Shown one piece after another: positions 55,962-64,000 of a DNA stretch of 64,000 nt (positions within the stretch are counted from its first letter, which is position 1; each line of letters starts with the position of its first letter). The stretch is taken from NCBI GenBank assembly GCA_951406725.2, contig OX597833.1:40858001-40922000 (forward strand), written 5' to 3'. The stretch is from Octopus vulgaris (taxonomy: Eukaryota). Under the pieces are notes generated by a model, which worked only from the letters and a program-made list of their open reading frames with translations, was not told the DNA's origin and made no database searches. The translations under genes and the position numbers were made by a program.

Positions 55962-57170
55962 ATTTCTTTACTACCCACAAGGGGCTAAACATAGAGGGGA
56001 CAAACAAGGACAGACAAAGGGATTAAGTCGATTACATCGACCCCAGTGCGAAACTGGTACTTTATTTATCGACCCCGAAAGGATGAGAAACAAAGTCGAC
56101 CTCGGCGGAATTTCGCCCGGCGCGCTAATGTGTCTGCCAGCTCGCCGCCTTTCAGCCTCCATTTTATAATGGAAAGGGCGGTAATAGAGCTGGCTACTTT
56201 GGAGCTTTCGATACGTTTAACCATTAATACTTGATGCCTGTTTTCAATGCCGCCGCTTTCTAACATGAATATTTAAATCTTTTCCCTCGTAAAATATGGA
56301 AATGTTCTGCATAATAATCTTGATATCAAATTTTAGCACAAAGTCAGCAATTTTCGGGGAGCGGGTAGGTCGATTACATTGATCCCAGTGTTCTATTGGT
56401 ACTTCTTTTATCAGCTTCCGAAAGGATGAAAGGCAAAGTCAACCTCGGTGGAATTTTAACTCAGAACATATAAATAGACGAAATACTGCTCGCCATTTTT
56501 ACCCTGCGGTACTATCGAATCTGCCAACTTGTTGCCTAAATAATTATAATTAATATTAATATCCTTTCTACTAAAGGCGAAAGGCCTGAAATTTTATGGG
56601 GAGGGGGCTACTTGATTACATCGACCTTTAGAACTTAAAGACGGACGAAACGCCGCGCAACATTCTTTCCGTCGTGCTGGCGATTCTTATCTCTTTACTG
56701 CCCACAAGGGGCTACACACAGAGGGGACAAACAAGGACAGACAAACGGATTAAGTCGATTATATTGTCCGCAGTGTGTAACTGGTACTTATTTAATCAAC
56801 CCTGTAAGGATGAAAGACAAAGTCGATCTCGGCGGAATTTGAACTCGGAACGTAATGGCAGACGAAATACGGCTACGCATTTCGCCCGCCGTGCTAACGT
56901 TTCTGCCAGCCTGCCGCCTTATTGTTAATATTAATATCTGTTTCTATATTACCCACAAGGGGCTAAACATAGAGGGGACAAACAAGGACAGACAAACGGA
57001 TGAATTCGATTACATCGACCTCAGTGCGTAACTGGTACTTAATTTGTCGACTCCGAAAGGATGAAAGGCAAAGTTAACCTCGGCGAAATTTGAACTCGGA
57101 ACGTAACGACAGACGAAATACGGCTACGCATTTCGCCCGGCGTGCTAACGGTTCTACCAGCTCGCCGCCT
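55962..57170 (-). mobile_element. Cluster of about five minus-strand SINE family B copies
   Basis: Copies at about 55962-56150, 56330-56540, 56560-56690, 56690-56920 and 56940-57170. Confidence 0.8.
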
Positions 57171-57483
57171 TATTGTTAATATTAATATCATTAATTAGTA
57201 TTATATCAGACTGAACGTCTTCTTAATTAGTTTTCCTTGTTATTATTTATTTAGCAACTTGATAATTTCTCTCCCTACGTCTTTTCGCTTTTCGTCCCTG
57301 ATCTACGACCCCACCCACCCAAACTATGTATGCCATGGCCTCGGAGTTTAAAAGTCAGGATGTCACCTATTATCTCGAGAGAATATAAAGTACAGCGGAA
57401 ATGATTGCCACTAAGTGATCCATTATGAGCGGCAAAGAAGCAATCACTACTGCTAACCACGTCGGTGGCCAACCCTCCAGGCA

Positions 57484-57912
57484 TGTATGTATGTATGTAT
57501 GTATGTATGTATGTATGTATGTATGTATGTATGTATGTATGCATGCATGTATGTATGTATGTATGTACGTATGTATGTGTGTGTGTATGTATGTATGTAT
57601 GTATGCATGCATGCATGCATGTATGTATGCATGTATGTATGTATGTATGTATGTATGTATGTATGTATGTATGTATGTATGTATGTATGTATGTATGTAT
57701 GTATGTATGTATGTATGTATGTATGTATAGATTGATGGATGGATGGATTTATACATGTATGTGCATATGTAAGTATGTATGTACTGTATATATGTTTCTA
57801 TGTACGCACGTACAAATGCATATATATGCATGCTCCTATATATGTAGGCCTAAGTAGATATACACACGCACATGTAAATATCTGAACGAGTGCACACAAG
57901 TGTACGTACAGA

Positions 57913-57973
<61 letters not shown>

Positions 57974-58067
57974 ATACACACATACACACTCCGAGATATT
58001 TCCTAATTTTCTGTGAACAAGCAAATATATCTATGATTAAGTAGGCGTATGTGTGGGTGTATATGTA

Positions 58068-58122
<55 letters not shown>
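57484..58122. repeat. (TATG)/(CA)/(TA)n tracts
   Basis: Directly visible. Confidence 0.9.
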
Positions 58123-58125
<3 letters not shown>

Positions 58126-58287
58126 GGAGAAATTATACAACATGTATAAATAAAAGACCACGTGTAAAGCACCGGCACAGTTTCGATTACCATGTTGTTA
58201 TCCGTAGATTTATAGCAGGAACTTCATAGTGGCGGTTGGGGTAACAGTATTAATAAAATAGATGGAAAGAGTAATAGATTTTATTGG

Positions 58288-58328
58288 GTACGACACATGT
58301 TTCGCCCGTTCTGGATCTCTTTGGGTAC
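58288..58328 (-). ncRNA. Minimal type I hammerhead-like motif, core mutated
   Basis: Minus strand gtac-CCAAAGA-gatcc-agaac-gggc-GAAAC-ATGT-GTC-gtac-ccAATAAA; the cassette 58123-58498 is bounded by (TA)n on both sides. Confidence 0.55.
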
Positions 58329-58507
58329 ATCAATAAAAAGTCTCACTAGAGATTTCCTGAGTCGGCTTACGTACCGTTATATGTCCATCAAATTTGAGAA
58401 TGAGTAATAACAGAGAAACATTGTTGAAAAGCAAAAATTCAAATATGAACGTGAAAATTATACATTCTAGCTTAGAGGAAATGTCGTAATGAGCAGTTAT
58501 ATATATA

Positions 58508-58579
<72 letters not shown>

Positions 58580-58605
58580 TATATATACACATATACATAC
58601 ATACA

Positions 58606-58829
58606 GCGGCGAGCTGGCAGAAACGTTAGCACGCCGGGCGAAATGTGTAGCCGTATTTCGTCTGTCGTTATGTTGTGAGTTCAAATTCCGCCGAGGTCGA
58701 ATTTGCCTTTCATCCTTTCGGGGTCGATAAATAAAGTACCAGTTACGCACTGGGGTCGATGTAATCGACTTAAACCCTTTGTCTGTCCTTGTTTGTCCCC
58801 TCTGTGCTTAGCCCCTGTGGGCAATAAAG

Positions 58830-58832
<3 letters not shown>
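58606..58832 (+). mobile_element. SINE family B, monomer
   Basis: Family consensus ending gcaataaagaaa. Confidence 0.88.
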
Positions 58833-58922
<90 letters not shown>

Positions 58923-58974
58923 TTTATTTATTATGGAATAAAAATTCCGGCGTCACAGGGATTCAAATAAAATG

Positions 58975-60598
58975 AATTATTCTCGATAAGGAAATATATG
59001 CTATTTAGAGATAGAAGTCCCCATGCAAATCATCAAATCCTAATATACATCACACCATATCATAGAATTTTATTTTAATACTTACTAATCATTTCTAAGT
59101 TTCAATGCTACACGTGTTTCATGAGGTGCGTTAAACACGCAATCTTTTACAAGAACATTTCTTAAACGCCACCCCAATCGTCAGGTCTCTTGATAACTTT
59201 ATTATAATTCCATACCAATTTCTATATTTTAATATTTTAACAGTTGCGAATGTAATTAACAGACAAATATGCGTATGTGCAAATAAATTCGCCGAACCTT
59301 GCTGTTAAGCCATAATCTAATTGATTAAAAATTAAAAATTTACAAAACTAAATTCAAACGTGACTTATGCATATAAACATGCATATAAATTAATAATATG
59401 TAGGGATGAAAATTATAATATATAATAGTGATGATATAATAATGAAAAGACTATATAATACAGTGATGATAAAAATAAACAATGACAAAGAAATATGTAT
59501 TCGAATAAAAACTATAGTTAAAAGTGGACGTAACCAAATGCGAAGAAATGACAAAATGCAAAAAGATATATAAACGAAATCTAAGGAGAAGAAAAATTTA
59601 CAAATGATAATATATAATAATTTACAAATTAAAAATCAGAGCGTAATAACGTAAAAATAACGTAAATAATATCGTAAAACAAATGTCGTAAAAATATCGT
59701 TACAGTGGTTACTGTTTTTATGTACACTTGTAATCCTCTAGAAAAGATGATTAAGTATTCTTTTTTTCAGCTAGAAAATTATTCTCAATAAGGAAATATA
59801 TGTTATTTAGGGATAGAAGTCCCCATGCAATTCATCAAATCCTAATATACATCTCACCACATAATAGAATTTTATTTTAATACTTACTAATCATTTCTAA
59901 ATTTCTCTGCTACACGTGTTTCATGAGGTGTGTTTAACGTTCCTTATACACGCAATCTTTTACAGGAACATTTCTTAAACGCCACCCCAATCGTTAGGAC
60001 ACTTGATAACTTTATTATAATTCCATACCAATTTCTATATTTTAATATTTTAACAGTTGCGAATGTAATTAACAGACAAATATGCGTATGTGCAAATAAA
60101 TTCGCCGAACCTTGCTGTCAAGCCATAATTTAATTGATTAAAAATTAAAAATGTACAAAACTAAATTCAAACGTGACTTATGCATATAAACATGCATATA
60201 AATTAATAATATGTAGGGATGAAAATTATAATATATAATAGTGATTATATAATAATGAAAAGGCTATATAATACAGTGATGATAAAAATAAACAATGACA
60301 AAGAAATATGTATTCGAATAAAAACTATAGTTAAAAGTGGACGTAAACAAATGCGAAGGAATGACAAAATGCAAAAAGATATATAAACGAAATCTACGGA
60401 GAAAAAGAATTTACAAATGATAATATATAATAATTTACAAATTAAAAATCAGAGCGTAATAGCGTAAAAATAACGTAAATAATATCGTAAAACAAATGTC
60501 GTAACAATATCGTTACAGTGGTTACTGTTTTTATGTACACTTGTAATCCTCGTTTGCATAACTAGCTAGAAAAGATGATTAAGTATTCTTTTTTTCAG
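58975..60598. repeat. Tandem duplication of an ~800-bp AT-rich unit
   Basis: Unit 1 58975-59770 and unit 2 59777-60598 are collinear with scattered substitutions and a few indels. Confidence 0.95.
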
Positions 60599-61553
60599 AT
60601 GAACATGTGAGGTCAATCCCACTTTTCTGTCCCCAGTAAACTTTAAAAAAAAACTGTGCTATGACCTCTTTGTTCACTTTTCATTTTGTCTAAAATTTAA
60701 TAAACACGTGGTTGGTGGCTGACTGCTACTGAAGGGGAGAACATCGCTTTTAGCTTTATGCATATTGAGGAATTTATACTTATATTATATTTAACAGTAA
60801 AGATCATACATATATTTCTATATTTATTTATTAATTTATTTTTTATTTATTTTATTTATTTTCATTTCCATGAAATAAAGTTCTTAAAGTCACTGATAGT
60901 CATGAATAACACTATTTCGCTCTCTCTTTGGACTCGTCAGTACGACATAACTCGAGACTTGAAATTAACGAAGCTAAATTCTTTTTTCTTCTTCTTCTTC
61001 TTCTTCTTCTTCTTCTTCTTCTTCTTCTTCTTCTTCTTCTTCTTTTTCTTTTTCTTCTTCTTCTTCTTCTTCTTCTTCTTCTTCTTCTTCTGTTTCTGTT
61101 AAAACAACATGCCTATAAAAATGTATAGGCATATAAGGCCTTCATCAACGGGAAAGTAGAGAAGTATTGATAAAAAAATTTTATTATATAAATTGCTTAT
61201 TAGAAGTCATATATCAATTCTTTGCATATAAATCCATCATCAAAACATTGTACTTATATTCAAAAAGAATTCAACATTAAGTAAAAACATGTCTATGAAG
61301 AAGAAATTTTTATAAAAGTAGAAATTTTTCTAAATACAGCAAAAATATTAAAGTGCACGAAATTCTTGTATATAATAGAATTAAATAAAAATTAAGATAT
61401 TACGATATATTAGCTCAGAATTTTTACTTAATTTCTGCAACTAAAAAAGCTTATGAGCACCTGCGTGTGTGTGTTTGTGTGTGTGTGTGTGTGCGCAGTT
61501 TTTATGGGAGTGTGTATGATTTCATGGAATGCGTCTGCATGTTTGTGTTACCA

Positions 61554-61634
<81 letters not shown>

Positions 61635-61850
61635 GTGTGCTATTGCGTTTGAGACTCAACTAAATAGCAGAATCTGGTGGAGACTTATCGCTTGGTGAGT
61701 GTTTGCAGAGAGGTTGCAGAAGGTGAAAACTTGGAATATGAGAGTGGGACCGGAGATACCAAAGGAAATCAGGATACACCATACAAATATTGCATATCAC
61801 ACCAAACATGGATAGATTATGACTCAGTTATATAAACATATCTACTACTG

Positions 61851-61895
<45 letters not shown>

Positions 61896-61931
61896 TTATT
61901 ATTATAATTTATTATTATCATTATTATTATT

Positions 61932-62304
61932 GAGTGAGAGAGCAGTGCATGCATTTAAAGTGACATTGAGGTACAAATATACGAAACCCAATATAATCCT
62001 CATGATGTCCTTGAATAAAGTTTAAAGACGATGAACGAAAGACTCATGTATCCAGGGATGAATTATTCAAAACCCAAAGAATTCCTCTCAACACAGCTAT
62101 GATGCTCCCCCTCTTCTGCTCGTGATCAGAGACTAAGGGGCATGCTCAACTGGTAAAGGTCAGCTGACAAGCAAATCTGTAGTATTAAGCAGAATATTTG
62201 TTGTAGTCCATCTTTTATATCAAGACAAATCATGTACATGATAGCACTTCCAATCAGTTAAGATGAAAAGCCATGGGAGCCACTGCCTGGTACTGCATCA
62301 GGGT
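61932..62304 (-). mobile_element. Second, internally deleted copy of the 15412-15930 repeat, embedded in (ATT)n
   Basis: Collinear similarity; (ATT)n on both sides. Confidence 0.7.
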
Positions 62305-62305
62305 A

Positions 62306-62582
<277 letters not shown>

Positions 62583-62965
62583 ATATACACTCAACAGATT
62601 AGACTATTGGAAAAGAAAAGAACCATAACATCGAGCTACAAGTAGCCTTAGATGCCAAGAACTCTCCCAAGTATCCTAGCTGTCCATAATAACACTGTTT
62701 CCTGCAGCTGTACTAAACTGGATTTCATGCCTATTTCCTCTATCCACCTGTTCAGATCTTTAAGAATAGTTCCTAATGCACCTATAACTACTGGGATACA
62801 TTTTACCTGCACTTGCCATAGTCTCTGTATTTTCAGTAGCTAGGTCTTCGTAGTCTGCTATTTTTTCCTATACTTTTTATATTAATTTTTTCAACATTTG
62901 CAACTGTAAAGTCAATTATCTGGCATTTTCTATTCCCTTTATCTACTACTACCAAATCAGGCATT
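62583..62965 (-). mobile_element. R4/Dong-like RLE retrotransposon 3' end running into (TAA)n
   Basis: PDLVVVDKGNRKCQIIDFTV…EIQRLWQVQVKCIPVVIGALGTILKDLNRWIEEIGMKSSLVQLQETVLLWTARILGRVLGI*, a ~65-nt UTR, then (TAA)n. Confidence 0.85.
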
Positions 62966-63410
62966 ATAATTTCTTTTTCTTATCACAGATTTTGTTGGAA
63001 CTCCTGGAGTCTTGCATCCGTAGTGGGCTTATTACATGCTGACCACGGTACCATGCTATCCGTTCTTTTCAGCTATCTAATACTTTCCTGATTATTCTGG
63101 CCGTGCCAAGGAGGCAAATGTTTTGTACCAGTTCTACTGGGCACTCTATTCCAATTTCCTTGATATTCCTCTTGATGCCTGATATTGTCTCCAAGGACCT
63201 AACAATAATTGGCACTATTTTCACTTTCACTTTCCATAGCTGGGCTATGTCGTGCTTAAAAGGGTTGTAGTTATCTATTTTTTCGCCTTCCTTCTTGAGC
63301 ACGCAGCATCAACTATACAACACATCTTGTCGACCACAACTAGGTCTGGTCTGTTATGCTCTAGCACCTGATCTGTTTGGACTGGGAAATCCCAAAGGAT
63401 TTTGCTAGTC
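62966..63410 (-). mobile_element. Second R4/Dong-like RLE 3' end, head-to-tail with the first
   Basis: KILWDFPVQTDQVLEHNRPDLVVVDK…IVDAAC…EKIDNY…LWKVKVKIVPIIV…CLLGTARIIRKVLDS*. Confidence 0.88.
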
Positions 63411-63553
63411 ATTTTGCTATACTTAAATATTCATCTAAATGTCACCACTTTAGATTTCTCTCGTTTTGCATGTGTACATATAGACATATTTTGTATTTAA
63501 TACCCAAACTGTTAGATCTAATATATTTACTTCGTTTATCCGTATAATTGCCT

Positions 63554-63596
<43 letters not shown>

Positions 63597-63743
63597 CGTT
63601 CGCTATTTTACCCTCATTCTGGTCTAACGATCCTCCATGTTTGTTTTCGTTCGGTTTCCTTGTATGCCTCCACTGTCCTGTTTTTGTTCCCAACTTTGAC
63701 ATTCCATAAATCCAAAATTTTATTTTGGTATTTATGGGAGCAA

Positions 63744-63800
63744 CTGTCTTCGAAGACTCATATTGTCGTTAAATGCTCGAAACGAGGAGTAGAAAGACAG
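63744..63800 (+). ncRNA. Degenerate hammerhead-like motif
   Basis: ctgtctt-CGAAGA-ctcat…atgctc-GAAAC-gagga-GTA-ga-aagacag; a 7-bp helix I is possible; a T-rich tail and then (TC)(TA)n follow. Confidence 0.35.
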
Positions 63801-63897
63801 CTGACAACTAATGAAGGATCGTTCTCCATTTGTTTCTCTCGTTGTTTGCGTATTGTTTTCGTACTTCATGTTGTTTACTGTTGGTGACGTCCTGTAC

Positions 63898-63932
<35 letters not shown>

Positions 63933-63955
63933 TATATATATATATATATATGTAA

Positions 63956-64000
<45 letters not shown>

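Overview
AT-rich, microsatellite-saturated eukaryotic non-coding DNA. Its SINE families and repeat texture suggest a coleoid cephalopod, most likely Octopus (my recognition, not a database result). No intact host protein-coding gene can be supported; almost all ORFs in the supplied track are artefacts of simple repeats. Identifiable content: many copies of at least three tRNA-headed SINE families with swapped 3' tails; decayed RTE, CR1/L2, L1/Tx1-like and restriction-like-endonuclease (R4/Dong-type) LINE fragments; a Penelope-like GIY-YIG fragment; mariner remnants and MITEs; four non-autonomous Helitrons; a piggyBac-like MITE; a 60-nt 5S rRNA fragment; an 81-bp-arm palindrome; and an ~800-bp tandem duplication. 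The most interesting signal is a set of about eight minimal type I hammerhead-ribozyme-like motifs in mostly unrelated short non-coding cassettes, most of them beside or inside (TA)n tracts. These look like Penelope-type termini or retrozyme-like elements. One has an intact catalytic core with an unusually long helix II; most of the others are degenerate. Also notable: a 5'-inverted RTE/BovB-like LINE, a candidate LINE donor of a SINE tail with a ~50-bp flanking duplication, and an ETS-CRE plus YY1 promoter-like island near 50.3 kb.
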